Positions 40,733 to 50,330 of a DNA stretch of 64,000 bases are shown here, piece by piece. The notes below the pieces were generated by a model. That model did not search any database and had not been told where the DNA came from. It saw only the letters and a list, made by a program, of their open reading frames with translations. The stretch's first letter is position 1. Each line of letters begins with the position of its first letter. The stretch covers positions 32,001-96,000 of the IMG/VR virus record IMGVR_UViG_3300014204_007089. One strand, written 5' to 3'. A program made the translations under genes and the position numbers. The DNA comes from a virus (lineage: Duplodnaviria; Caudoviricetes).

Positions 40733-40993
40733 TTATTTAGTACCATATAAATTTGCAGCTAAATTATCATTTGTTTTAGCTTGTTTTGCAAGATCCTTTC
40801 CTTCTTTCCATAATTTACGTACAAGATCTTTTCCAGTTAATTCTACTTTTCCAGTAGCTGGTGTTGAAATTAATCTCTTAATATTTCCTTCACTTTTGCA
40901 ATTTGGGCATACAGTAGGAACAGAATCATGTATGCTATAAATATCTTCCCATTCATAACCGCATTTAGAACATCCGTGCTCGTAAGTTGGCAT
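40733..40993 (-). CDS. FmdB-family zinc-ribbon protein
   Basis: MPTYEHGCSKCG...CPNC...RLIS. Confidence 0.8.
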   Translation of the reverse strand: MPTYEHGCSKCGYEWEDIYSIHDSVPTVCPNCKSEGNIKRLISTPATGKVELTGKDLVRKLWKEGKDLAKQAKTNDNLAANLYGTK

Positions 40994-41001
40994 TTTAACT
41001 C

Positions 41002-41178
41002 CTATTTTTGTATCAAATCTTTTCCAAGTACTATTAATTCAACATCATCAATCCAATTTTCTCGAACTCTTTGTTTAAATGATTCATCAATTACTTTGAA
41101 TACCAAATATAAATCTCCTGTAATAGGATCTGTTTCCATTCTTATTGCACGAGCAACTGTATCATTTTTATCTAACAT
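41002..41178 (-). CDS. Small hypothetical protein (58 aa, not in the ORF track)
   Basis: MLDKNDTVARAIRMETDPITGDLYLVF...; start overlaps the DnaB stop (TAATG) with AGAGG upstream; fills the gap to the next gene. Confidence 0.6.
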   Translation of the reverse strand: MLDKNDTVARAIRMETDPITGDLYLVFKVIDESFKQRVRENWIDDVELIVLGKDLIQK

Positions 41179-43397
41179 TAATCCTCTTTTTTATTCTTAG
41201 CTTCTTGAATTTGTTTTATTAAATTAGGAATATTAGAAGATACATCTCCTGGAATTTCATTTTTATTAAATGGAACATCAATTAATGATGAATTTGTAAA
41301 GTTTTTAATAAGACTTCCTTTAGCTAATGGTCCATTTCTATTTTTAACTACATGCCATTTTAAATCTGGAAATATTTCTTCATTTGGTCTTGTTTCAATT
41401 TGTATACCAACATTTACATTATGCATAATTAAACTAGATCTTCCCCATCTATGAACACCAACTCTTCTACTTTCTTCTCCACCACCTTGTGAACCTCTTT
41501 TAATATCTGTTAATTGAGCTGCTGTAATAACTACGCAATCATAAGCTCTACCAAACTCATGTAAACTACAAGCTATAGCCCCCATTTTTAACCAATCTTG
41601 TTCTCTAGCCATAGCTGGATTGTGCATTAAACCCATATAATCTACAACTACAATATCAGGTCGATATCTTAACATAGCATCGTTATATCTTAATTCAATC
41701 TCCTCAATTGTTAAATTTCTAGGCGTGTCTACTATATCAAAATAATACCCTGCATCCTGATATTCTTTTATAAATTTATAAGCTTTTTTTACTCTTATTT
41801 CTTCATCAGCTGTTAAACATGCTTTAGCTAAAGATCTTTGAGGAACATTAGCTAAACTAGCTAAAAATCTCATAAAACAACTTCTATATGGCATTTCTAA
41901 TGAAAAATATAAAATATTATGTCCTTTTGTAATATTAGATACATTTTCCACAGTATTGTCTTGTAACCATATTTGTTTACCCATATTATTAAGTAATTGA
42001 GAATTGTGAGTTGGAATCATTTCTTTACCACAAAGAAAACAACTAGAACTTGAATCTACTTGAATACATTGAACTGGTACAGAATCAACTTTTATAATCT
42101 TTTTAATACTTCTATTTGGGAATGAATTAATACCAAAATAATATGTTTTAAACGAAATAGAATATGTTTCATATGAAGTGCATTTATAATAATCTATAAT
42201 CGGAATTAAACCAACAGATCTTAATAATTCTACTAAATCATATATTAATTCTTTTTCTATATTTTTAGATATAAAACCATCAACAATATAAGAAGAAGAG
42301 AAAAATCCACGTATTAATTCTAATCTTTGATCTATTGATGATTTTAAATATATTTTGGGAATATATTTTTTAACAGAAAAATTATATACATCTAATTCAT
42401 TTGAAATATCTTCAAATAATTCAATACCCGCTAACCACTTACCAAAAATATAAGGGTTAATTGAAAAATCTGCATTTGGGTATAATAAAGGTTTACATGC
42501 TTTAATATAAAAATAATTATTACTAATTTTATCAAATAATTCTTTTGTAGAAAGAGGATAGTTATATTCTTCTACACACCATTTATGATTAGAGTCAGTA
42601 ATAATTTTTGCACCATCTGAAAATTCTATTTCATAACAATCATTACCATTCATTATACCTGATGTAGCTATAATATTACATGGTTTTCCATCATTACCAA
42701 AAACTACATCTCCTACTTTTAATTCCCCCATTGTAGTCCAACCAGTAGGAGTTATTATTGGGGTATTTATAGCTAAGGCTTTCCCACTATTAGTTTCCCC
42801 ACCAACCATTACCAAATCTCCTGAAACAAAACCACCACATACAGTATCAAGCATACTATAATGAGTTTGAATTTCTTGAAAAGATTCAGGATTTAATTTA
42901 TATGAATTATATGATTCTGAAAATTCATCTACATAATCACCAACTGGTTTTTGTGTATATGTTCTTTCTAAATCAAGAGATGTAATTTTACTAATTGCTA
43001 AAGACAATTTATTAAAATAATCTTCAGGATCTTGTGGATGATCTGGATCTTCTAAATTAGCTTGATCGCGAATTTTTTCAACAGAATCTATTTGAAATCG
43101 TTTCTTAAATTGTGTTAAATCATAAGAAAATTCTTTAATATCATATTCTAATGATTCAATTTCATCAAAAGAATCATTAATAATATCAACAATACTAGAA
43201 TTATCCTTATGTCTATCTATCAATGTTCTTCGAGTTGGCGAAGCTTTAAAATGTTGTATATAATCTATAACTAATTTCGCAAATCTTTGAGATTTCTCAT
43301 CAAAAATACTATTATCATATTTATAGCAAAAAGATAAACCATTAACTTTATCAGTAATAATGGATTTTAATATTCTTAGATCTAATTCTTCTTGCAT
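41178..43397 (-). CDS. dnaB: Replicative DnaB-like helicase with intein
   Basis: Walker A GETNSGK|S split by the intein; YFSLEM, VVVDYMGLM, TAAQL, VKNRNGP. Confidence 0.88.
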   Translation of the reverse strand: MQEELDLRILKSIITDKVNGLSFCYKYDNSIFDEKSQRFAKLVIDYIQHFKASPTRRTLIDRHKDNSSIVDIINDSFDEIESLEYDIKEFSYDLTQFKKRFQIDSVEKIRDQANLEDPDHPQDPEDYFNKLSLAISKITSLDLERTYTQKPVGDYVDEFSESYNSYKLNPESFQEIQTHYSMLDTVCGGFVSGDLVMVGGETNSGKALAINTPIITPTGWTTMGELKVGDVVFGNDGKPCNIIATSGIMNGNDCYEIEFSDGAKIITDSNHKWCVEEYNYPLSTKELFDKISNNYFYIKACKPLLYPNADFSINPYIFGKWLAGIELFEDISNELDVYNFSVKKYIPKIYLKSSIDQRLELIRGFFSSSYIVDGFISKNIEKELIYDLVELLRSVGLIPIIDYYKCTSYETYSISFKTYYFGINSFPNRSIKKIIKVDSVPVQCIQVDSSSSCFLCGKEMIPTHNSQLLNNMGKQIWLQDNTVENVSNITKGHNILYFSLEMPYRSCFMRFLASLANVPQRSLAKACLTADEEIRVKKAYKFIKEYQDAGYYFDIVDTPRNLTIEEIELRYNDAMLRYRPDIVVVDYMGLMHNPAMAREQDWLKMGAIACSLHEFGRAYDCVVITAAQLTDIKRGSQGGGEESRRVGVHRWGRSSLIMHNVNVGIQIETRPNEEIFPDLKWHVVKNRNGPLAKGSLIKNFTNSSLIDVPFNKNEIPGDVSSNIPNLIKQIQEAKNKKED
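42003..42779 (-). mobile_element. Class-3 intein (259 aa) in the DnaB P-loop
   Basis: Starts with Ala (ALAINTP); NHKW, VQCIQV and IPTHN|S provide the W-C-T triplet; degenerate LAGLIDADG motifs. Confidence 0.85.
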
Positions 43398-44119
43398 TAA
43401 AGTTCACCTTTGCGAATATTTTCACGAACATCTTTTCCACCAATCACAGGAATGAATCTAACAAGATTAAATAAACTTTCAATACTTGCCTGTAATGGAC
43501 CTGAAAAACTTCCTTCTATTTTTATACTATTTGTACAAAAAAATAAAGGCATTCTATTTTGAATTCTAGTTCTCATAATTGGTTCTAAAATTCTACCAAA
43601 TAAATCTGCAGCATTTTCAGAACCCATAAATCTAGTATCTAATTCATCAATTACAACAAAATCTTCTGATAATAACATTGATCGTGCAGTATTTTTTGTT
43701 TCAGAATCAGTATTTAACATAATATGAATTATATCTGTTAAATTAACATAAAGTGCACTATATTTATTACTCTCTACAACACGCTTTAAAATTGAAGAAA
43801 CCGTGATCGTTTTCCCAGTACCATGGGAACCTGCAAATCTTGCGCTTTGACCTTCTTTGAAAGATTTTTTAATATCTAAAGTAATACTATTGTAATAATT
43901 TTTAAGAATTTTTGGACCAATAAAATCATGCATATCACGCCACCAATAATCAACTGGAATATTGGCATTGTAATAACGTTGAAACATTTCAACAAGCATA
44001 GCCCCATCAGAAGTTAGAATTCCATTATTAGAATGAACTGAAATTATATCATCAATAGCATCATCTAGTTTTTTTCTTGGGATGTTGAGAAAAGGATTTT
44101 GTAAAGTTTGGTGTTCCAA
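43397..44119 (-). CDS. DnaC/IstB-like AAA+ ATPase (helicase loader)
   Basis: GSHGTGKT Walker A; VVIDELD Walker B; adjacent to dnaB. Confidence 0.8.
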   Translation of the reverse strand: MEHQTLQNPFLNIPRKKLDDAIDDIISVHSNNGILTSDGAMLVEMFQRYYNANIPVDYWWRDMHDFIGPKILKNYYNSITLDIKKSFKEGQSARFAGSHGTGKTITVSSILKRVVESNKYSALYVNLTDIIHIMLNTDSETKNTARSMLLSEDFVVIDELDTRFMGSENAADLFGRILEPIMRTRIQNRMPLFFCTNSIKIEGSFSGPLQASIESLFNLVRFIPVIGGKDVRENIRKGEL

Positions 44120-44495
44120 ATATAACCTCTGGAGCTATGGAAAGTTTATTTGAACGTAATAATTTTTCTGCTCGCTTACGTTCCTCATTTGCTTTCAGTT
44201 TATGTAATTCTGATAATTTTTTTGCTCGTAAATCTTCTCTTTGAAATGGTATATGTTCTATTTCTGGTATATCTAAATTTTCTACATATATAGGCTTTTC
44301 AATTTCTTGTAAAATTTTATCACTTGCAACCTTTATATTAACAATATTTTCTTTTGGTTGTAATATAATTGAAATTGATTTATCAGATAATTCAAGAACT
44401 AATTGATTATCAGATAACTCAAGAACTTTACCAGCATCTACAAAACCATTTTTACATATAATTTTTACAAAAGAACCAATTTTAATAAATTCCAT
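44061..44495 (-). CDS. Hypothetical protein (Sm-like N-terminus possible)
   Basis: 144 aa ORF. Confidence 0.5.
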   Translation of the reverse strand: MEFIKIGSFVKIICKNGFVDAGKVLELSDNQLVLELSDKSISIILQPKENIVNIKVASDKILQEIEKPIYVENLDIPEIEHIPFQREDLRAKKLSELHKLKANEERKRAEKLLRSNKLSIAPEVIFGTPNFTKSFSQHPKKKTR

Positions 44496-44505
44496 TGACC
44501 TTCCT

Positions 44506-45114
44506 TTAAATAATATTTAATACAGATTCATCAAAACCAATAGTTTTTAATTCTGTAAATAATTTACCATAAACATCATAAACATTATTATTTGGATCAT
44601 CTTGAATTGCAACTTTTGCAAAAGCTAAATCACCATATGTATTTACATCCAATTCTAAATTAGAAACAATAACTTTATATTTTTCTGGTAAAATTGTTGC
44701 TCTTGTAATTCTATTATTTTTTCTACTCTCTTTCTTAAATTTAAGAATAAAAGCAGTTGTGAAAAAATAAGCAATGCTTGAAATTGTAACTTTTTGTGGA
44801 ATTATTATACAATCAAACATCCAATCAATATAATTTTTAATACTAGTAGAATCTTCAGTTCCTAATGCTAATATCATTCTTCGAAGACAATAAATTTCTT
44901 TACATTTTGTTGGAGGCCCACTAAACGAAAGAGAAAAATCAATTCCCATTTGATCTTTATATCTTTTTAATATATGTCCAAGAAATTGATCTTCTTTCCA
45001 ATTTACTACCGGAATATCAGAATACGAATCAAGCCGTTCCTTGAATTTTCTCCAATAGGCATTTGGTCTGCCATCATGTTTTAATCCGCTTAATTTTCCT
45101 GCTTGTTTAACCAT
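44506..45114 (-). CDS. Hypothetical protein in the replication module
   Basis: 202 aa; RBS GGGAG. Confidence 0.55.
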   Translation of the reverse strand: MVKQAGKLSGLKHDGRPNAYWRKFKERLDSYSDIPVVNWKEDQFLGHILKRYKDQMGIDFSLSFSGPPTKCKEIYCLRRMILALGTEDSTSIKNYIDWMFDCIIIPQKVTISSIAYFFTTAFILKFKKESRKNNRITRATILPEKYKVIVSNLELDVNTYGDLAFAKVAIQDDPNNNVYDVYGKLFTELKTIGFDESVLNII

Positions 45115-45170
45115 AATAAACTCCCGAATATTTAAGTATGCAGTATGCTTAAAAAATTATCAAGAACAAT

Positions 45171-46643
45171 TTAATCTTTCAATGGCCACTGTACTTCAAA
45201 TTCAGTTTCATATATTTCTTTTCTTTTTTTTGCATGTTCACAAAGATACGGCGCTTGATCTGCAAAGTCAATGATTGCTGCAAATTTCTTTCCAGGATAA
45301 GGACGAATTACTCGACCGATTCTTTGTAGTGCTCTTACAGAAGATTTTCCAGCACTACCTATTATTAAACCAGACAAAATTGGTAAATCTAAACCCCAAT
45401 CAAAAATCTTACTTGCTATTATACACTTTATTTTTCCATTTTCAATATCTTTTTTTATTTTTTCACGAACTTTTGAAGGATGCTTTCCACTTAATAGTGC
45501 GGTTGGAACTTTATCTTTTAATTGTTTATATAAAATATCACCATGTTTAATACTATTAAATAATACTAATGGAACTAATCCTTGTTCAATCATTTTTATA
45601 GCACCAGTAACAATCATTCCATTGCGTTGTTCATTTTCAGTAATATATTTAGCATATATTTTTTGATACACACCACTTTTGTATGGATAATATTTTGGTA
45701 CAAGAAAACGAATAATTGGCTTAACTAAATATCCTTGTTTAATTAAATCTTTTGCAGATAAATCAATAATTCTTTTACCAAGAAAAGCTTCTATTAACAT
45801 ATCTTGATTATCATCTCTCCAAGGTGAAGCAGACATTCCATAAACATGTTCAGCTTTAATATTTTGAGAAATTCCTACTAATGTAGGGGCTGCACAAACA
45901 TGTGCTTCATCAATAATAACTACCCTTGCAGAAAGAAGCATTTTCTTTATATCTTGAAATTTTTCTGACGAAACTTCTTTTTCTTTTTCATCAGAATCAT
46001 CCAATGAACATTTTTCCATAATACCCAATGCGCTAGAAATTGTCCAAACACTTGCTATATTAATATTTTTAATGTTACAATGTCCATCACCTATAATACC
46101 AATTTCTTCATCGAAAATTTTAGAAAACACATTATGTGTTTGATATAATAAATCAGTTCCAATTACCATAATTAATGTAGGTTTACCAAATTTAGCTGTA
46201 ATTAATGTTGTACATAAAGTTTTGCCACATCCTGTAGCTGCTTTAATAATACCACGATCATGTTTAACAGCTTCATTAGCAATATTTATTTGATATGGTC
46301 GTGGAACCATATTAATATCCTTTAGCTTTTTTGAAATATCTATTTCTTTTATTGGTGTCTTTGAATTTTTATTATCAACAATTTCAACTTCTATTTTTTT
46401 TTCTTCAAAGAATTTTAATACTCTTTGTAATAAACCAATTGGAAATTTTCCAGTAGAAGACATTAAATATCTTCTACCATCCCATGATACAAAATCACCA
46501 AATTCATTAATATGCCCTTTATATGCTTGTGAAAATTCTGCACCTTGAATAGTAAATGATAATAATTTATTTAATTGTTGATATAATTCAGCATCATTAG
46601 AAAATAATTTACAAGAATTATCGAATACTATTATTTTATTCAT
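45171..46643 (-). CDS. Superfamily 2 (UvsW/XPB-like) DNA helicase
   Basis: PRPYQ, ATGCGKT, IDEAH, GMSASP, QRIGRVIR. Confidence 0.9.
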   Translation of the reverse strand: MNKIIVFDNSCKLFSNDAELYQQLNKLLSFTIQGAEFSQAYKGHINEFGDFVSWDGRRYLMSSTGKFPIGLLQRVLKFFEEKKIEVEIVDNKNSKTPIKEIDISKKLKDINMVPRPYQINIANEAVKHDRGIIKAATGCGKTLCTTLITAKFGKPTLIMVIGTDLLYQTHNVFSKIFDEEIGIIGDGHCNIKNINIASVWTISSALGIMEKCSLDDSDEKEKEVSSEKFQDIKKMLLSARVVIIDEAHVCAAPTLVGISQNIKAEHVYGMSASPWRDDNQDMLIEAFLGKRIIDLSAKDLIKQGYLVKPIIRFLVPKYYPYKSGVYQKIYAKYITENEQRNGMIVTGAIKMIEQGLVPLVLFNSIKHGDILYKQLKDKVPTALLSGKHPSKVREKIKKDIENGKIKCIIASKIFDWGLDLPILSGLIIGSAGKSSVRALQRIGRVIRPYPGKKFAAIIDFADQAPYLCEHAKKRKEIYETEFEVQWPLKD

Positions 46644-46702
46644 ATATTTGATTCTATATCTGCTAGTGAATTATATTTAATATTATTATTTAAAATATTT
46701 AA

Positions 46703-47012
46703 CCTTTTCAACAAGAAGTCCCTTTCCTTTAGGAGAGGGATGAATTGTTGTTAAACTTTTTTCTTTAGAAATTTTCTTTATTTCTAGGAATTTCTTGATA
46801 TATTCTAAATAGGAGATCACATGGTGCTATTTTTTAGCACAAAGCCTCTTTGAGGCTTGATTCAAATATATGATGTGATCTTTTTAGAAAAATGAATCAA
46901 AATTTTAGTTACTAAACATTTATTGCCTGGGACAGGCTATTGAGGATAATTCTCAATATGTTGGAACCATGGCGATCCAAGAAGCCCTTACCTTTAGGTG
47001 AGGGTAGTTCAC
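46703..47012 (+). mobile_element. Non-autonomous IS200/IS605-family element (310 bp)
   Basis: TTTAA target at 46698-46702; left-end hairpin TCCCTTTCCTTTAGGAGAGGGA; right end CCCTTACCTTTAGGTGAGGGTAGTTCAC. Confidence 0.88.
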
Positions 47013-47068
47013 CTATAAATTTAGTAGTTGACATATACTACATATTACTTTATGTAGTTTTATAAAAT

Positions 47069-47104
47069 AAAAAATCAGCTGATATTATTCAATATCAGCT
47101 GATT
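47069..47104 (-). terminator. Terminator hairpin after the tubulin gene
   Basis: AATCAGCTGATATT-loop-AATATCAGCTGATT followed by a T-run on the minus strand. Confidence 0.7.
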
Positions 47105-47120
47105 CACATTATTATTTTAA

Positions 47121-48494
47121 TTATTTTTTTCTACGATCTATAATAGCTCCACTATGTAATTTATTGAAAGAAGATGTTTTTTGTTCAATTTTTCTTTTAA
47201 TCTCATCAACTTTATTTACAGTTTCTTCTCCTACATCTACTTTCATTGTCATTTGACGTTGTTCATCTTTTTTATGTGCAACACCCATTTTTAATTGAGC
47301 TTCTTCTTTTAATTGATCAATACGTTCTGTTGGTAATCCTAATCCTGAAAACATGCTATAAACTTTAATAAAATCTTCAGAAGATTCTTCTTTATAAATA
47401 CCATAAAAGATTGCCAATGGACTATCACACACATCATTAATCATTTGTTGTGCATAATCCAAACTAGAACTTGGAATTTTATTCCAAATACGTTCTGGGG
47501 CTACAAGCATAAAACCTGCATAACGAGCTTGTTTAATATTAAAACCAGATGCTAATAAATTACCCTTTAATGATTCTACAATAGCTGTAGCAATTGCTAA
47601 TTCATTTTCATAATCACTAACTGCCATTTGACCATATACTGTAAAACCTTTACCATCAACAAATAATTTTCCAAATTCAGTAGAATCTAGAACTTTAATA
47701 CCCTCATCCTTTCTACGACTCATTACATTAAATGCATGTAAAGGTTCTACAATTGCTTTATTTGATACTGGAAAGAAATTAAAAGGACCTACATCACTAT
47801 ATAGTGATTCAATTTTAGCATTATCTACCGTGATAATATTATCAATTTTATGTTCATTAAACATCTTAGTAAACTTACTTAAAGTCTGCCAAGCATTATG
47901 TTTTAATTGAGCATCTTCACTAGCCTTTGGAAGAATCGTAAGAACAACAACAGGCTTTCCAAGTTGAGCTAAAATATCAACAACAACTTCTACAGAACCA
48001 GCACCAGAACCACCACCAAGAGATGTACAAAAAATAAACACTTGAACATCTGATAATTTACGTTGAATTAGTTCACTAATAGAATTTCTATAAGCATCAG
48101 CAGCATCTTTACCTAAGGAAAGATCTTTCGCACATCCACCAAGACCAAAATCTAATAAAAGTTTATTTTCTTCTGGTACTTTAATATCTTCAAGATCTTG
48201 TGGAGCTGTATTAAAAACAACAGCCGGATAACCTAATGAACTAAATTGTTCTGCTAAACGGCTACCAGCCTGTCCAGAACCAACAATACCAAAACGAAGA
48301 CTAACTTTTCTTTCTTCAACTATACGTGGTGGCATAGATTCCTCTTCTTGTATTACTTGTGATTCTTCTAATTTTTTTTGAGCAGCTCTCGCTTTAAGAG
48401 CTGCTAGCTTATCAGGATCTACCTTTGGTTTATCCTCTAAATTATTCATAATTTCTTCCTTTTTAATATCTTCAATTTTTGATTCTGTACTCAT
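47121..48494 (-). CDS. Tubulin/FtsZ-family GTPase (PhuZ/TubZ-like)
   Basis: GSGQAGSRLA, NTA..DL, GLGGCAKD...G, signature LGGGSGAG, VDN, LDSTEF. Confidence 0.88.
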   Translation of the reverse strand: MSTESKIEDIKKEEIMNNLEDKPKVDPDKLAALKARAAQKKLEESQVIQEEESMPPRIVEERKVSLRFGIVGSGQAGSRLAEQFSSLGYPAVVFNTAPQDLEDIKVPEENKLLLDFGLGGCAKDLSLGKDAADAYRNSISELIQRKLSDVQVFIFCTSLGGGSGAGSVEVVVDILAQLGKPVVVLTILPKASEDAQLKHNAWQTLSKFTKMFNEHKIDNIITVDNAKIESLYSDVGPFNFFPVSNKAIVEPLHAFNVMSRRKDEGIKVLDSTEFGKLFVDGKGFTVYGQMAVSDYENELAIATAIVESLKGNLLASGFNIKQARYAGFMLVAPERIWNKIPSSSLDYAQQMINDVCDSPLAIFYGIYKEESSEDFIKVYSMFSGLGLPTERIDQLKEEAQLKMGVAHKKDEQRQMTMKVDVGEETVNKVDEIKRKIEQKTSSFNKLHSGAIIDRRKK

Positions 48495-48503
48495 ATTAAT
48501 CTC

Positions 48504-48510
48504 TATATCA
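48504..48510 (-). promoter_or_regulatory. Candidate early/middle promoter, type example of TGATATA
   Basis: 9 nt upstream of the tubulin ATG; the same motif at 2585, 7393, 24735, 27448, 35782, 52927 and 54890, and inside the non-autonomous elements. Confidence 0.5.
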
Positions 48511-48797
48511 CTCTTTTATTTTTTTTTAAATAGTGGAAATCTTTTAATAAGTAATAATATTTTATAGAAAATAGATACTGCTTTTTTAAGATTTTTAATT
48601 TTAGTGAGCTTTCTTTTATATTTGTTTTATCTGATGTTTTTATCATTTCATCTAATTGCTTTAATATTATTAAACGTTGTTCATAACTTATATTTTTTTT
48701 TCTTCCTTTGTAACATCTTTTATTGTTTCTTCCTTATAATATATAATAATATATGACCATATATTTTAATTTTCTAGTAAAAATACATCATTTTTAA

Positions 48798-49106
48798 CCT
48801 TTTCAACAAGAAATCCCTTTCCTTTAGGGGAGGGATGAATTGTTGTTAAACTTTTTTCTTTAGAAATTTTCTTTATTTTAGGAATATCTTGATATATTCT
48901 AAATAGGAGATCGCATGGTGCTATTTTTTAGCACAAAGCCTCTTTGAGGCTTGATTCAAATATATGATGTGATCTTTTTAGAAAAATGAATCAAAATTTT
49001 AGTTATTAAACATTTATTGCCTGGGACAGGCTATTGAGGATAATCCTCAATATGTTGGAACCATGGGGATCCAAGAAACCCTTACCTTTAGGTGAGGGTA
49101 GTTCAC
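48798..49106 (+). mobile_element. Non-autonomous IS200/IS605-family element (309 bp)
   Basis: TTTAA target at 48793-48797; about 9 differences from 46703-47012; inserted in the 3' end of ORF 49047..49334. Confidence 0.88.
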
Positions 49107-49334
49107 TACATCATCTATATATTCACTAATTTTACAATCAATTCCTTGATTTTTTAATTCTAATAAATTTTCTATTAAAATATTACCAAAATATATATTA
49201 GCCAATATACTTTGAACTTCACCTTTTTGTATTCGTGATAATTGTTTATCTGACCATCTATTGTCAGAAATTGCTTTACTTATGCATTTTATAACACGAG
49301 CATAATCTGTAATTGTAGGTAATAATTCTTTCAT
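49047..49334 (-). CDS. Hypothetical protein with C-terminus recoded by the element
   Basis: The last ~19 codons (VNYPHLKV...) derive from the element; removing it gives ...EYIDDVLKMMYFY*. Confidence 0.5.
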   Translation of the reverse strand: MKELLPTITDYARVIKCISKAISDNRWSDKQLSRIQKGEVQSILANIYFGNILIENLLELKNQGIDCKISEYIDDVVNYPHLKVRVSWIPMVPTY

Positions 49335-49337
49335 ATT

Positions 49338-50306
49338 TCACATCTTAAGAACATATCTATTAGTTACATACCATTGACAAACTTGTGTAATTCCATCTCT
49401 AAATTTGTATTGAGGAATCCAATCAATTGATTTTATTTTATCATTATTCATAGAAAATCTAAAATCATTTCCAGTTATATCTGAAATATGTTTTATAAGA
49501 TTGTGACCTCGTCCAATTGCATTACAAACAATTTGAGCAACTTCAAGATTTGTAAATTCTTGTTTTGCTGTTATATTATATAAAGCACCATCTATTCCAT
49601 TATCAATAATATTAAATAAAGCTGAACAAGTATCATATACATGTATCCAATCTCTTACCTGATTACCCTGCCCATAAATTGAAATTTCATTTTCATCGAA
49701 AATACTTTTAATAATTTTTGGAATAAATTTTTCACTAGTTTGCCAAGGTCCATAATTATTACATAATCTAATAATATTATATTTTAAATCATTTGTTATT
49801 CCAGCTGTTTTCGTCAATAATTCTGCAGAAACTTTGGAAGCGGCATATATATTTTTTGGATTTATAAAAGATTCTTCTGTCCATGAAGAATCCTTTTCAT
49901 TATCAAGTGATCCATATACTTTATCAGTGCTAAATAATATAAGTTTAGCCCCTATTTTTATACATTCATTTATTATGTTTTGTGTACCAATTATATTATT
50001 TGTAATAAATGGTATATTATTTTCACTTACACATGATTCATCTGCACCATGAATAATAATATCTGGTTTTTCTTTTTCACAAATAATATGAAGAATATGA
50101 GAATCAAGAACATCAGCAATATAAAAAGAATGATCTGAATTAACGTAGATATTTTGTGTGAGATGAGTTTCTCTAACCCTATCTAAACTAGAAATAATAT
50201 ATGGTTTCTTGTGATAAAATACTTGGCGAATAAAATTACCAAGAATAAATCCACCACTACCTGTTATTAATAATCTACGTTTTTTTATACTCATTTTATT
50301 TGCCAT
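49338..50306 (-). CDS. NDP-sugar dehydratase/epimerase, dTDP-glucose 4,6-dehydratase (RfbB/RmlB)-like
   Basis: LITGSGGFI, STDKVYG, YAASK, NNYGP.Q..EKFIP, GQGNQVRDWIHV. Confidence 0.8.
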   Translation of the reverse strand: MANKMSIKKRRLLITGSGGFILGNFIRQVFYHKKPYIISSLDRVRETHLTQNIYVNSDHSFYIADVLDSHILHIICEKEKPDIIIHGADESCVSENNIPFITNNIIGTQNIINECIKIGAKLILFSTDKVYGSLDNEKDSSWTEESFINPKNIYAASKVSAELLTKTAGITNDLKYNIIRLCNNYGPWQTSEKFIPKIIKSIFDENEISIYGQGNQVRDWIHVYDTCSALFNIIDNGIDGALYNITAKQEFTNLEVAQIVCNAIGRGHNLIKHISDITGNDFRFSMNNDKIKSIDWIPQYKFRDGITQVCQWYVTNRYVLKM

Positions 50307-50330
50307 TTTTTTTTATTTTATATAATATAT

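Noticed and set aside
48500-48797. Possible small gene upstream of tubulin (…SYEQRLIILKQLDEMIK…)
   Set aside because: The frame is broken at an A9 run and no clean start was found; may be a decayed gene or a sequencing error
23562-49106. Repeated CCTTTAGG hairpins as a CRISPR array
   Set aside because: Copies are dispersed, not regularly spaced, and match IS200/IS605 ends; no cas genes other than tnpB
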